Assembly: GCA_965217895.1 (NCBI GenBank)
Contig: CBDCJV010000002.1
Coordinates: forward strand, 96,001-160,000
Source of the DNA: Waterburya sp.
GTDB lineage: Bacteria; Cyanobacteriota; Cyanobacteriia; Cyanobacteriales; Xenococcaceae
Length of the DNA stretch: 64,000 bases
Direction: 5' to 3'
Shown piece by piece: positions 51,602-61,685 of the stretch. A program made the position numbers and the translations under genes. The first letter of the stretch is position 1, and each line of letters opens with the position of its first letter. Under the pieces are notes generated by a model that made no database searches, had not been told where the DNA came from, and saw only the letters and a program-made list of their open reading frames with translations.

Positions 51602-51661
51602 AGAGATAAGAAATGAGAAAAGTTGATTTCTTCTCTCCTTAATCTATTAAATATTACAGGT

Positions 51662-51704
51662 ACTGAGTTCTAAGTTGCTAAGATAATTTGGAACTCAGTT
51701 TTTT
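51662..51704 (+). terminator. Probable intrinsic terminator
   Basis: ACTGAGTTC ... GAACTCAGT followed by a T run, downstream of the peptidase. Confidence 0.5.
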
Positions 51705-51722
51705 ATTGATGAGATAGCCACC

Positions 51723-51938
51723 ATGAAAGTGATAGGAACAATCGAGAAAAAGGGCTTTGGCTTTGGTGTTTGGGCGTTAGTGACCGATGATGGCACAACC
51801 TATCAACTAAAAGACCCCGTAGCAGAATTACAAAAAGAAGGGATAAAGGTAGAAATACAAGGGAAAATCCGCAAAGACATTATGACTACCGCTATGATCG
51901 GTGCTGTCTTAGAGGTTGAATCTTATATGGTGCTTTAG
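51723..51938 (+). CDS. Small conserved hypothetical protein (OB-fold-like)
   Basis: 71-aa ORF, GTIEKKGFGFGVWAL...G..VEIQG...MIG.VLEV. Confidence 0.7.
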   Translation: MKVIGTIEKKGFGFGVWALVTDDGTTYQLKDPVAELQKEGIKVEIQGKIRKDIMTTAMIGAVLEVESYMVL

Positions 51939-51985
51939 ATTAACGCTACTTTCAGATTAAGATAATTAGATGGTTAAGATAGGTA

Positions 51986-52984
51986 TTAGCTTCTTACTGC
52001 TGCTTCACTTTCAACTTTTTTAGGCTGAGAAGAATTAGCTCGCGTAGCCCGAAACATTCCAAAGCGACAAAGACCATTACCAAAAGCTAAACGCATAAGC
52101 AACAAGGTAGGTACCTCTCTTAAAGACTTAATCAAGCCAGACAAACCAAACAATATTAGTCCTTTGGGTTTTACTATTCCTTGCCAAATAGAATCAATCC
52201 AAGAAGGAAGAGTTGCTTGTGTCCAGTCATCGGTAACAACTTCCCCTTCAACCAAACCCGTCTCGGCTAAAAGCTCGCAAAAGCCTTCAATACTGGAGAA
52301 TGCAGGATGTGACCATTGATCTAATAGCTGCTGCATGACGGGTTTTTCCCAAAAGTTAAGGGGTATTTTGCGATCGTCGCGCTGATTCCAGTCTGCTACA
52401 GCTAAAATACCTCCAGGCTTTAGTACTCGTAATAATTCCTGGGCAAAAACTGCCTTGTCAGGCATATGTGGGCCAGCCTCAACTGACCAAACCACATCAA
52501 AACTAGCATCAGGGAAAGAAAGAGCCATGGCATCATCTACCTGAAACTTAGCATCAACTCCTTGCGGGGTTAGTTCTTGGGCGCGTTTGACCTGTTGTGG
52601 GCTAATAGTGACACCTGTAACCTTAAAACCATAATCTTTTGCCAAGATACGACTGCTGCCACCAATGCCACAGCCAACGTCCAACAAAGTAGTCCCCGTA
52701 GATAATTTAGCTAAACCACCCCACCGCACCATTTCATGCACAAAGTCATGTTTGGCAGCTATAAAGTCTTTTGATTTTGGCGGTGAACCATAATGTCCTA
52801 AATGAATATGTTCTCCCCAATAAAACTCCAAAATTCCGTCTTCAGTCCACTCATCGTAAGAGTTAGCGACAGAATCAGCAGATTGATAATTTCGTGCGGT
52901 TAATAAGTAAACGGCGATACTAACTGCTAGCAGCAACAGCAGCAACCCAATGATGTAAAGTAAATTCATTTGAAATAGACTCAA
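51986..52984 (-). CDS. MPBQ/MSBQ methyltransferase (tocopherol/plastoquinone pathway)
   Basis: YDEWTEDGILEFYWGEHIHLGHY, LDVGCGIGGS, WSVEAGPHMPDK. Confidence 0.85.
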   Translation of the reverse strand: MSLFQMNLLYIIGLLLLLLAVSIAVYLLTARNYQSADSVANSYDEWTEDGILEFYWGEHIHLGHYGSPPKSKDFIAAKHDFVHEMVRWGGLAKLSTGTTLLDVGCGIGGSSRILAKDYGFKVTGVTISPQQVKRAQELTPQGVDAKFQVDDAMALSFPDASFDVVWSVEAGPHMPDKAVFAQELLRVLKPGGILAVADWNQRDDRKIPLNFWEKPVMQQLLDQWSHPAFSSIEGFCELLAETGLVEGEVVTDDWTQATLPSWIDSIWQGIVKPKGLILFGLSGLIKSLREVPTLLLMRLAFGNGLCRFGMFRATRANSSQPKKVESEAAVRS

Positions 52985-53362
52985 TATTTTTTAAGCAATT
53001 TTCTATGTGGACGCGGTTCAGTTTAGTTTTTAACTGCATTATTTTGAACCTAGCAAATTGCGAAGTTGAGGTCAATTACAAAATAGCAAAGATCGCGATC
53101 GCGCTTTTAGTATCGCATCTTTAGAGAAGATATTAAAGCCAACATAGACAAAATTAAATAGTCATCTTGCTCAAAGAATGTTAATTGCCTGAAAGTTATA
53201 GCAATACGAGGCTGTGTCAGGACACTCCCTGCGAAGGATACCCCTTGGCTACTTACGAGCAATTAAAATTTCTGTCCTGGTCGATTAACGTACTGCGATA
53301 TATCTTGTTTTAACGTCCTTAAGTATTTATAATTATTGCTATATATTTCTATTTGATATGTA

Positions 53363-53602
53363 ATGACTTTATCGGAATTAGAATCGGGAACAATAGCGAT
53401 AGTAGAGCAAGTACTATTAAAATGCCAGGGACATGGCTTGGACAAAAGGTTGAAAGCAATAGGAATAATTCCTGATAAGCAAATTCAAGTTATACGCAAG
53501 GCAAGCTTTGGCGGACCATTACACGTTCGCGTCGGTACCACGACTGAAATTGCGATTCGTCACCAAGAAGCCAAGATGGTTCGAGTTCGCTTAAATAATT
53601 AA
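53363..53602 (+). CDS. feoA: Ferrous iron transport protein A
   Basis: RLKAIGI.P...IRKASFGGPLHVRVG...IAIR; directly upstream of feoB. Confidence 0.9.
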   Translation: MTLSELESGTIAIVEQVLLKCQGHGLDKRLKAIGIIPDKQIQVIRKASFGGPLHVRVGTTTEIAIRHQEAKMVRVRLNN

Positions 53603-53638
53603 ATAATAAATAAAATAAAGATAGATCATCAAAAATTT

Positions 53639-55465
53639 ATGAGTTGTCATAGCGGCAGAACGACGATTTTAAAAGGCGATCGCCTTAAACGAATTGTGTT
53701 GGTGGGAATGCCCAACACGGGAAAATCAACTTTTTTTAATCGCCTGACGGGTGCTGCTGCTGCAGTTGGTAATTGGCCAGGGATGACGGTAGATTTTCTT
53801 CAGGCTCAAATTAAAATTGACGGCAAACTCACAGAATTAGTAGATTTACCAGGAATTTATGATTTTAACGGCTTCTCTGACGATGAAAAAGTTGCGCGAC
53901 ATTTTCTAGAAAAGTTTCCTTTCGATCTAGTGATTGTTATACTTAATGCCTCTCAGATAGATCGTCAAATTAGCCTACCTCTGCAAATAAAAGCCTTGGG
54001 TTTTCCCGCCGTAGTTGTTCTCAATATGGCAGATGAAGCAGAGCAATACGGAGTGAAAATTGATACGCATGAGTTATCACAACGCCTGGGTATGCCCTGC
54101 GTACTCGTCAGTGCCAAGTACGGTAAAGGATATGCTAACGCCTACCGAGAGATCTCTTATGCTCTCAAAGAACAAGGCGATCGCCTCAAAAATATTCAAC
54201 CCTGTTTAGGCAACTGCGCCGATATTACCCCCAAGAAAATCGAATCGGTCTTAGCTGGGGCAGTAACCATGCCTCAAAGTGTAGGGATTAATTTAACTAC
54301 TAGGCTCGATCGCATTCTGTTACACCCAGTTTGGGGATTGCCTCTATTTTTTCTGGGGATGTATTTAGTTTTCTCACTTATTTGGAACTTGGGCTTACCT
54401 GCTCAAGGTTTGGTAGGAGATCTAACCGACTGGCTGCAAACAAGCCTGATTGAGCCAATTCTCCAGCCTTTTCCTGAAGTTGTGCAGAGTTTTTTCATTG
54501 ATGGCATTTGGAATGGATTGGCTACGGTAACTGGTTTTGTGCCTTTAATTATTCTATTTTTTATCTTGATGGCGGTTTTAGAAGATAGTGGCTATCTTTC
54601 TCGTTCGGCTTATTTAATGGATGCCTTAATGGTAAGGATTGGTTTAGATGGTCGCAGTTTTGTGATGCAGATGATGGGATTTGGCTGTAATGTTCCAGCC
54701 TTGATGGGAACTAGAGTGATGCGTTCTCAATCATTAAGATTCCTGACCATGCTGACAATCCCTTTTGCCTTGTGTTCGGCTCGGCTTCAGGTCTTTGTCT
54801 TTATTATTGCTGCGGTCTTTCCTAATGGGAATGGGGCAATTGTCTTATTTTCTCTCTATTTACTCAGTTTTGTAGCAGCGATCGCGACTGCTGCTGTGTT
54901 TCAAGGAATGTTTAAAAATGATGAGCCGTTTGTTTTAGAACTACCTCCCTATCGTTTCCCCACTTGGAAACAGGTAATTGTTAGAGGTTGGGGCGAAGTC
55001 AAGCATTTTTTAACCAGAGCATCAGGCTTTATTACCTTCGGCTGCATTGCAGCGTGGGCTGTCACTAACTTGCCTCCTGGGGCAACAGGATTAGATACTA
55101 TTGGCGGTCAAATGGGTCAATTTTTTGCTCCTATTATGGCTCCTGTGGGCATCGATCCTTACCTAACTTTGGCACTAATTTTTGGTTTTGTGGCAAAGGA
55201 AATTGTAGTGGGTTCATTGGCGGTAATCTATGGCTTAAATGCGATCGCCGTTACTGGTCATATTACCGAAACCGTAAGCTTTGCCCAAGGGTATAGCTTC
55301 TGTATCTTTTGCTTACTTTATACTCCCTGCTTGACTACAGTAGCAACACTTTTGAATGAGTCAAAATCGTGGAAATTTACGTTGTTTTCTTTGGCTTTTT
55401 CTTTAGGATTAGCATGGGTGGCAAGCTTTTGTTTTTACCAAACAGCTTTATTGTTAGGATTTTAA
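53639..55465 (+). CDS. feoB: Ferrous iron transport protein B
   Basis: GMPNTGKST, GNWPGMTV, DLPGIY, NMADE, EDSGYLSR, GFGCNVPA, KEIVVG, YTPC. Confidence 0.95.
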   Translation: MSCHSGRTTILKGDRLKRIVLVGMPNTGKSTFFNRLTGAAAAVGNWPGMTVDFLQAQIKIDGKLTELVDLPGIYDFNGFSDDEKVARHFLEKFPFDLVIVILNASQIDRQISLPLQIKALGFPAVVVLNMADEAEQYGVKIDTHELSQRLGMPCVLVSAKYGKGYANAYREISYALKEQGDRLKNIQPCLGNCADITPKKIESVLAGAVTMPQSVGINLTTRLDRILLHPVWGLPLFFLGMYLVFSLIWNLGLPAQGLVGDLTDWLQTSLIEPILQPFPEVVQSFFIDGIWNGLATVTGFVPLIILFFILMAVLEDSGYLSRSAYLMDALMVRIGLDGRSFVMQMMGFGCNVPALMGTRVMRSQSLRFLTMLTIPFALCSARLQVFVFIIAAVFPNGNGAIVLFSLYLLSFVAAIATAAVFQGMFKNDEPFVLELPPYRFPTWKQVIVRGWGEVKHFLTRASGFITFGCIAAWAVTNLPPGATGLDTIGGQMGQFFAPIMAPVGIDPYLTLALIFGFVAKEIVVGSLAVIYGLNAIAVTGHITETVSFAQGYSFCIFCLLYTPCLTTVATLLNESKSWKFTLFSLAFSLGLAWVASFCFYQTALLLGF

Positions 55466-55494
55466 TAGTTGAAATAGGAATTTCTGAACTGGCA

Positions 55495-56028
55495 TTACTT
55501 ACTTTTGTTTCTTTGACGACTAAACCAGGTTTGTAATTGCTGACGACAAGCAGTCTCTTTAATTCCCGCCAACACCTGTAGTCGGTGATGAGAACATTCA
55601 CTATCTGGTAAATTAACTACGGTACGAATTGCGCCTGACTTTGGCTCATCTGCACCATAAACAAGTAAACTCAGGCGTGATTGAATAATTGCTCCAGCAC
55701 ACATAGCACAAGGCTCTAGAGTGACATAAAGAGTACAATTTTGCAGACACCAATTTTGCTTGACTCGGCTCGCAGCACGAATCGCTTCAATTTCGGCGTG
55801 GGCGGTAGGGTCTTGATTTTTTTCTTTTTGATTAGCAGCCTCAGACAGTAAATTTCCCTGAGAATCAACTATCACAGCCCCCACAGGCACTTCTCCGTTT
55901 TCTCCTGCCTTTTGTGCCAGTTCAAGAGCATAGGTCATCCAATGACAGTGAACCAAATAAGCACTGTAATCTAGCTGATCAAAAGTTTTTTCAACTTGAC
56001 GATAACGTGATGACAAATGTTTTGCCAT
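55495..56028 (-). CDS. tadA: tRNA adenosine(34) deaminase
   Basis: GEVPVGAV, PTAHAE, TLEPCAMC. Confidence 0.93.
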   Translation of the reverse strand: MAKHLSSRYRQVEKTFDQLDYSAYLVHCHWMTYALELAQKAGENGEVPVGAVIVDSQGNLLSEAANQKEKNQDPTAHAEIEAIRAASRVKQNWCLQNCTLYVTLEPCAMCAGAIIQSRLSLLVYGADEPKSGAIRTVVNLPDSECSHHRLQVLAGIKETACRQQLQTWFSRQRNKSK

Positions 56029-56135
56029 TGAGTAAAACCCTTAAAAATATACACAATTACAGATTTACCTAATCTTAAAAACTATTAAACTATCGTTAAA
56101 CCTCGCAGTACAAATATTTATTTTTAAGCCTGAAA

Positions 56136-56705
56136 ATGAAAGCAGCAGAAATATCAACTGTTTTAGAGCAGTTATTTGACCAAAACGATATCAAGCATGA
56201 TGTAAACGAAGCTTGGCAAATTAAAAATTTCCAGATTCATTTGCTGGTAATTCTCTCAGAAGATAGTTCTTGGTTGAGACTATTAACTCCTATTGCAACA
56301 GCTTCCGAAGCCCAGTCATTATTACCTCAGCTATTAGAAGATAATTTCGATCTCACCCAAGAAGTTCGCTATGCAATTAATCAGGATGTTTTATGGGGTG
56401 TATATCATCACCGCTTAGAAAGCCTAACAGCAGAAGATTTGAAAAGCGCGATCGCATCTTTACAAAATCTTATAGCCAAAGGACTTTCAGGCTCTTTTAA
56501 TCAGATGATTGAAAAGCAAATCATTCAAATTGTCAAAGCTGCCAAAGCTCAAGGACAAACCTTAGAAGCTACCTATCAAACTATAGATAGATTCTACCAA
56601 GAAGGAGTAATGGGGGGAATCGATCAAGATCCAAATCAAAGAGAGCAATTTTTAGCAGCTTGGAAGTCTCAGTTAGAGCGTTTGTGGTCTGAGGTTGAGG
56701 TTTAA
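56136..56705 (+). CDS. Conserved cyanobacterial hypothetical protein (YbjN/CesT-like fold suspected)
   Basis: LLVILSEDSSWLRLL.PI...LLEDNFD.TQEVRYA. Confidence 0.65.
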   Translation: MKAAEISTVLEQLFDQNDIKHDVNEAWQIKNFQIHLLVILSEDSSWLRLLTPIATASEAQSLLPQLLEDNFDLTQEVRYAINQDVLWGVYHHRLESLTAEDLKSAIASLQNLIAKGLSGSFNQMIEKQIIQIVKAAKAQGQTLEATYQTIDRFYQEGVMGGIDQDPNQREQFLAAWKSQLERLWSEVEV

Positions 56706-56950
56706 TTTTTTGTTCCGTCATTTTAATTAGCAATACTACAATTGGCTGGAAAATAATCTAGCTTCGAGCTTTTAGTTTCCAGCTATTAGCCATCAAATAT
56801 TTATCAATTTATCAATAGTTGCCAAACAAAATCTATTTTTGCTTTTAAATCAATATATTTAGCATTAAACATTAACAATAAAACACAAGCCTTAAATTTT
56901 TGTTAATTGGATGGGAACTATATAAATAACCATCTAAAAATTCTTGAAAA

Positions 56951-57295
56951 ATGGAATTATTTAATCCATCTATAGAACAGCTAGTTTTAGAAATAATAGC
57001 TGTCAATCATGCCTGGAAAGAAGCTAAAGATTTATTTGACCATGCAGATAACTCTTTAGCTAATTCTCTCAGAGATTTAAAAGCACGTTTGCAGGTAAGA
57101 CTTTTGCGTAACTATGCGCCAAGTCGAGTTTATCTGACAGTAGATACAAATCCCAATTCAGATTATGACGAACCTCTTTATGGTTTGCAACTGGTGACAT
57201 CAGTAAATGGTAGGCAAGATGCTGCACATATGCCTACAAGAGTTGCAGAACAAAATTTGTCAGCACAAGAGTTAGAGCAATTTGTTAAAAGCTAG
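56951..57295 (+). CDS. Hypothetical protein, first gene of the Zorya-like operon
   Basis: 114-aa ORF ending 20 bp before ZorA on the same strand. Confidence 0.7.
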   Translation: MELFNPSIEQLVLEIIAVNHAWKEAKDLFDHADNSLANSLRDLKARLQVRLLRNYAPSRVYLTVDTNPNSDYDEPLYGLQLVTSVNGRQDAAHMPTRVAEQNLSAQELEQFVKS

Positions 57296-57315
57296 TTTTG
57301 AAGGAGTAGACAAAA

Positions 57316-59436
57316 ATGACTAATTTTTTGATTAATCTTGCATTTTGTTTGATTATTGTCGGGATAGCAATTTGGATTGGTATCAAGGAGCAAAAATTCT
57401 CAAGTGATTATCAAAACAAAGATTTTCTTATAGTTAACAACTCTATCAAAGAGTTAACAGAATACAAACGAGAGCAAAGAAATAATTTTATACAAGTTCA
57501 AGAAGAATCAACTGAAATTATCAGATGGCTTGCTCAACATCTTAAAGGAGAATCCAGGTCATTAGCTTTCAAGCCAGAACAAGATAAAAATCTTGATTTT
57601 ATTTTGCTTTCCTACCCATCTATTCTAGGAAAACCCGTACCTCGAAGTCCTGTTAGCTTTGCTCCTGCTTTATTAACCGCAATTGGTATTCTAGGAACTT
57701 TTACTGGTATCTTCTTGGGTTTACAAGGAGTGAATTTAGGAAATCTAAATGATGTTCAGGCACTTATAGAGGCTAGTCAAAAGTTATTAGCAGGAATGAA
57801 AACAGCTTTTGCGACTTCTCTGTTTGGGATGGGTGCTGCTATTTTTTTTATTTTATATTTGTCTTGGGAAGAGAGAAAACGCACTAAAGTTCGCAACAAT
57901 TGGCGTAAAGAACTAAGTGAGATTGCTTTTGTAGAAAGTCCTAATCATCTTTTATCTCGTTTGGATAACGAAGGAAATATAGAAGTAGTTAAAACTCTGC
58001 AAAATGTAGCTAATAATTTATCTGGTTTGAATGCTGACGTAATTGCTAATGCGGTTAAAAGTGCGATCGCATCACCAGATAGTCCTTTAGTTTTAGAATT
58101 AAAAAAAATTATCAGCAATACATCGAGTTTATCTAATCTAACTCCAAATGCGATCGCGTCTGCCACAACTGATAAATTTATACTCTTACTTAATCCTATT
58201 TCTCAAGAAATAAGACAACTGCGAGAGCTTCAAGAAAGCCAAGGACAAACTGTCGAAAGTTTAGTTAAACAATTACGTAATGAATTAATCGAACCTGTTG
58301 TTACTAGATTAGACCAAAGTGCAGCACTAACGAAAGAAGCCTCTGTAGCAGTAACCGAATTGAAAAATGAATTAGGCGGTATTAGCCAGAGTTTAGCAGG
58401 TGCTGTAACAACTATTCAAAGTTTTCAGCAGGATACTCTAAGTCGTCTGCAAGAATTTGCTGCAAATTTACAATCTATTCTCGGTCAATTCCGTACCGAT
58501 ACTCAAGGAGTAATGGAACAAGTTGCTGTAGAAATTCAGCAAGCAGTAAGCCAAAGTATTACAGGAATGGAAGCACAAAGAACTGCTTTTGAAGCTAGCG
58601 CAAGTCAAGCATCTCAAACTTTTAAGGGAATTAGGGAAGATTTACAAGCAGCACTTAGTACCCAAGCCGAACAACAAAAGCAAATGTTACAGGATGTTCA
58701 AACCTCAACAGAGAGTGTATTGGCTGAAGCTAACGAAGCTTTCTCGAATCAGTCTAATACTTTGGTAACAGTAGGAAAAGAAGCTTCGGGATTAATGAGC
58801 GAAGCTAAAGAGAATTTCCTTGGTACATTGAGCAACATCGACGGAATGCTCCAAAATACTCGTCTTACAGTGCAAGAGGAGTTAGAACAATTCCGCCTCG
58901 ACTATCAAGCAGCGTTGCAAGATTTCTTTACTCAGCAGAATAATTTACTCAACGACACATTAGGAAAACAAAGAGAAGGATTAGCAGGAGTGGTGGTCAA
59001 CCTACAGCAAACCTTTAATGAAGAAGCGACACAACGAAAAGAAATGACCGAACAAGTAGACCAAAGTTTAGACAGAATCGGAGCAACAGTCAAAACTGTA
59101 AATACTTTAGCCAGTGCAATGGGTATGACTTCCAGTGAACGTTTGGGTCAACTACAAGAACTAGCTCGCACTATTGGTAGCGAAGCGCATCGCGTAGAAC
59201 ATAGTTATCAGAACATGACCGAACAGTTTAATAAAGCTCTACAGGATGGCAACGAGAAGCTAAATGATTACCTTAAACAAGCTGATGAAACTTATACTAG
59301 AAGTATACAAGACGCGGATAAAGCTGCTGCTGAAGTTTGTATCCAATTAAACGAAACTTCTCACGGTTTGATGAGTGTAGCTGAGTTTTTAGTATCTGCT
59401 GCTAAAGAAATAAAAAACAGCAATGGAGGTAACTAA
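57316..59436 (+). CDS. zorA: ZorA-like protein (MotA/ExbB-type TM domain plus long helical cytoplasmic tail)
   Basis: APALLTAIGILGTFTGIFLGL and LLAGMKTAFATSLFGM TM motifs; ~500-aa Gln/Ala/Leu-rich helical tail; AAGGAG RBS. Confidence 0.8.
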   Translation: MTNFLINLAFCLIIVGIAIWIGIKEQKFSSDYQNKDFLIVNNSIKELTEYKREQRNNFIQVQEESTEIIRWLAQHLKGESRSLAFKPEQDKNLDFILLSYPSILGKPVPRSPVSFAPALLTAIGILGTFTGIFLGLQGVNLGNLNDVQALIEASQKLLAGMKTAFATSLFGMGAAIFFILYLSWEERKRTKVRNNWRKELSEIAFVESPNHLLSRLDNEGNIEVVKTLQNVANNLSGLNADVIANAVKSAIASPDSPLVLELKKIISNTSSLSNLTPNAIASATTDKFILLLNPISQEIRQLRELQESQGQTVESLVKQLRNELIEPVVTRLDQSAALTKEASVAVTELKNELGGISQSLAGAVTTIQSFQQDTLSRLQEFAANLQSILGQFRTDTQGVMEQVAVEIQQAVSQSITGMEAQRTAFEASASQASQTFKGIREDLQAALSTQAEQQKQMLQDVQTSTESVLAEANEAFSNQSNTLVTVGKEASGLMSEAKENFLGTLSNIDGMLQNTRLTVQEELEQFRLDYQAALQDFFTQQNNLLNDTLGKQREGLAGVVVNLQQTFNEEATQRKEMTEQVDQSLDRIGATVKTVNTLASAMGMTSSERLGQLQELARTIGSEAHRVEHSYQNMTEQFNKALQDGNEKLNDYLKQADETYTRSIQDADKAAAEVCIQLNETSHGLMSVAEFLVSAAKEIKNSNGGN

Positions 59437-59438
59437 CT

Positions 59439-60140
59439 ATGAACTCTTTTGAACACTTTGAACCAGATACAGAAGCAGAAGAAGATAATTCTGGCATTTG
59501 GCTATCTATTAGCGATTTAATGTCTGGGTTATTGATGTTTTTTGCTTTATTGTTTATTGTGGTGCAGGTTCAACTTCAACAGAAAATAATTGAAGCGGAA
59601 AGATTAGAAAAACAATTAGAAACCTATAAAAGAATAATCGATCAATTACCTTTAAGAATTATCAGTGCTATTGAAGGAAAGTTTGGTCAGGGAATCGTTG
59701 AAATCGATCCCAAAACAGGAGATGTAAAAATAGGCGATCGCATTCTTTTTGATGATGGAAGTGCAGAATTAAAGCCAGTAGGAAAACAATTTCTCAAACG
59801 GTTTATTCCTATCTATAGTGATGTTATTTTTTCTGACACGCTTTTTGAAAGTCAGATTACTCGTGTAGTTATTGAAGGTCATACCAGTTCTAAAGGCTCA
59901 GATGAAGGCAATATGGAGTTAAGTCTCAGACGCGCTTTATCAGTATCAGATTATATTTTTTCTCAACAGTTAAATTTTAAGACTAAACAACAGTTTAAGC
60001 AAAAAATTATGGCATCTGGGAGAGGTGAAATAGATGCAGATAAAAGTAAGGATAATCCAAGCGATCGCAAGGTAGTATTCCGTTTCCAATTCCGACAAAT
60101 TAACTTTGATAATTTAGAGCAAGACATTGTTAATCCATAA
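59439..60140 (+). CDS. zorB: ZorB-like protein (MotB-type TM helix plus OmpA-like peptidoglycan-binding domain)
   Basis: WLSISDLMSGL with conserved Asp; ILFDDGSAEL, IEGHTS, NMELSLRRA, DRKVVFRF; starts 2 bp after zorA. Confidence 0.85.
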   Translation: MNSFEHFEPDTEAEEDNSGIWLSISDLMSGLLMFFALLFIVVQVQLQQKIIEAERLEKQLETYKRIIDQLPLRIISAIEGKFGQGIVEIDPKTGDVKIGDRILFDDGSAELKPVGKQFLKRFIPIYSDVIFSDTLFESQITRVVIEGHTSSKGSDEGNMELSLRRALSVSDYIFSQQLNFKTKQQFKQKIMASGRGEIDADKSKDNPSDRKVVFRFQFRQINFDNLEQDIVNP

Positions 60141-60148
60141 CTATAAAA

Positions 60149-61636
60149 ATGAATATTCAATTTCGCAAAATACATTTGCCTGCACTACCAGAAATCAATG
60201 CACGCGCTTTAATTAAGTTAGCAGGGAACTATGGGAATAGTGATTTAAAATCACCCTTTTTACCTGCTGGTGTGACTAAAAGCCAAATTGTTTCTCGTTC
60301 TAATCTAGATGAAATTATTCAAGATCTTGAAAATGGTAAAGCTAAAAATATTACTGTTTTAGAATGGGTTCACTGTCTTTACAACAAAGATAAATGGGAT
60401 GCCAAAAATCCAGATCAAAGTATATCGACTTCCCAAAAAATTTGGAAAGCAGCAGAACAAAATCCTTGGCTAAAACAGAGATTATTTTGGAGTTTAATTT
60501 TCAACTACGATGACAAGGAAATATTGCCTTCATCTTTAAAGAAGACTTACTCATCTTTCTGCCCTCAAAATCAAATAGATAGAGAAAAGTTAGAAATAGT
60601 TCAAATTATTACAGTATCCGAACCAGCAAACAAGTTAGTAATATTGTGTCGTCAAAAACTTTTTACTCCTAATCAACTTTTCCAAAAATATCAGCTTCCA
60701 GGCAAAGCCTCAATCTTAGAGAAAACTTTAGATAATATTATTACTGAATTTTCTTCAATTGCTACTTTTAATCGCCAACAAGTTAAATGGCTGTTGCAAT
60801 GTTTAGAGGAAATGAAGACAACACAGCAAACAAAAGCTGTAGAACAATTGTTAACCAAAGTCGATCCCAAACTTGGCGCAGAACATCCAGAATTAATTAA
60901 TTGGTTACGTCAACATTATGGTTTTTCTGTAATTAATTCTCGTTGGGATGAACTATCTTCAGAAGCTAAAGCAGCAATGCGAAAATGGCTTGGTGCAGTT
61001 AGTTATCAAGATTTCCAAAGATTAGTTAGTTTAATTTTAGATCGACTAAGTTTAGCAGATCACGAACATAGACGATTAAAAAACCGTAGTGGATTTTGGT
61101 CAAACTACAGCGATCGCTTTGAACGTATTCGGATATTATTACCTGAAAGTTCAGTCAATATTTTAGGTAATTATCTTAATAATCAAGATGTTAGTATTTT
61201 ACTAAATGATGGCAGCGATGCTACAGAAGTATGTATTTTTGATTTTGGTGATTGGTTTGTAGTTGAGTTTTTTCGCGGTAATGGTAGTGAAACTCGGATT
61301 TTCAAAAAAGACGCTGAAAGCGAACAAAATCTATTTCACTCTCAACTATCGATTAAAAAACTTCGTTGCTTAGATTCAAATAATGGAATTCACGACCATG
61401 TAATTTGTTGGCAATATTTTTGCGAACAGTGGCTTAGACAAAGAAGCATTATACCAAATAAAGGAACTGAACGCTTTAAAGGTTTACCTTATAAATACAA
61501 TGAATACAATACTAAAACAGGACTGCCTAAACCTTCATCCGAAAACATGAGAAAACGCGATCATAGTTTAGACTATTGGAAAAGAGATATATCTAACATA
61601 GAACAAGAAGCAAAAAAATACTGTAGTAACAATTAA
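60149..61636 (+). CDS. zorC: EH-signature domain protein (ZorC-like)
   Basis: RSGFWSNY, FGDWFVVEF (E) and IHDHVICWQ (H..W) motifs; starts 8 bp after zorB. Confidence 0.72.
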   Translation: MNIQFRKIHLPALPEINARALIKLAGNYGNSDLKSPFLPAGVTKSQIVSRSNLDEIIQDLENGKAKNITVLEWVHCLYNKDKWDAKNPDQSISTSQKIWKAAEQNPWLKQRLFWSLIFNYDDKEILPSSLKKTYSSFCPQNQIDREKLEIVQIITVSEPANKLVILCRQKLFTPNQLFQKYQLPGKASILEKTLDNIITEFSSIATFNRQQVKWLLQCLEEMKTTQQTKAVEQLLTKVDPKLGAEHPELINWLRQHYGFSVINSRWDELSSEAKAAMRKWLGAVSYQDFQRLVSLILDRLSLADHEHRRLKNRSGFWSNYSDRFERIRILLPESSVNILGNYLNNQDVSILLNDGSDATEVCIFDFGDWFVVEFFRGNGSETRIFKKDAESEQNLFHSQLSIKKLRCLDSNNGIHDHVICWQYFCEQWLRQRSIIPNKGTERFKGLPYKYNEYNTKTGLPKPSSENMRKRDHSLDYWKRDISNIEQEAKKYCSNN

Positions 61637-61685
61637 ATAATAAGATCTAAATTAACAATCGCACTTTATATATTGTTTCAAAACA

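Noticed and set aside
57316..60140. Flagellar MotA/MotB or ExbB/TolQ interpretation
   Set aside because: Cyanobacteria lack flagella, and the very long tail plus the downstream EH-signature gene fit Zorya instead.
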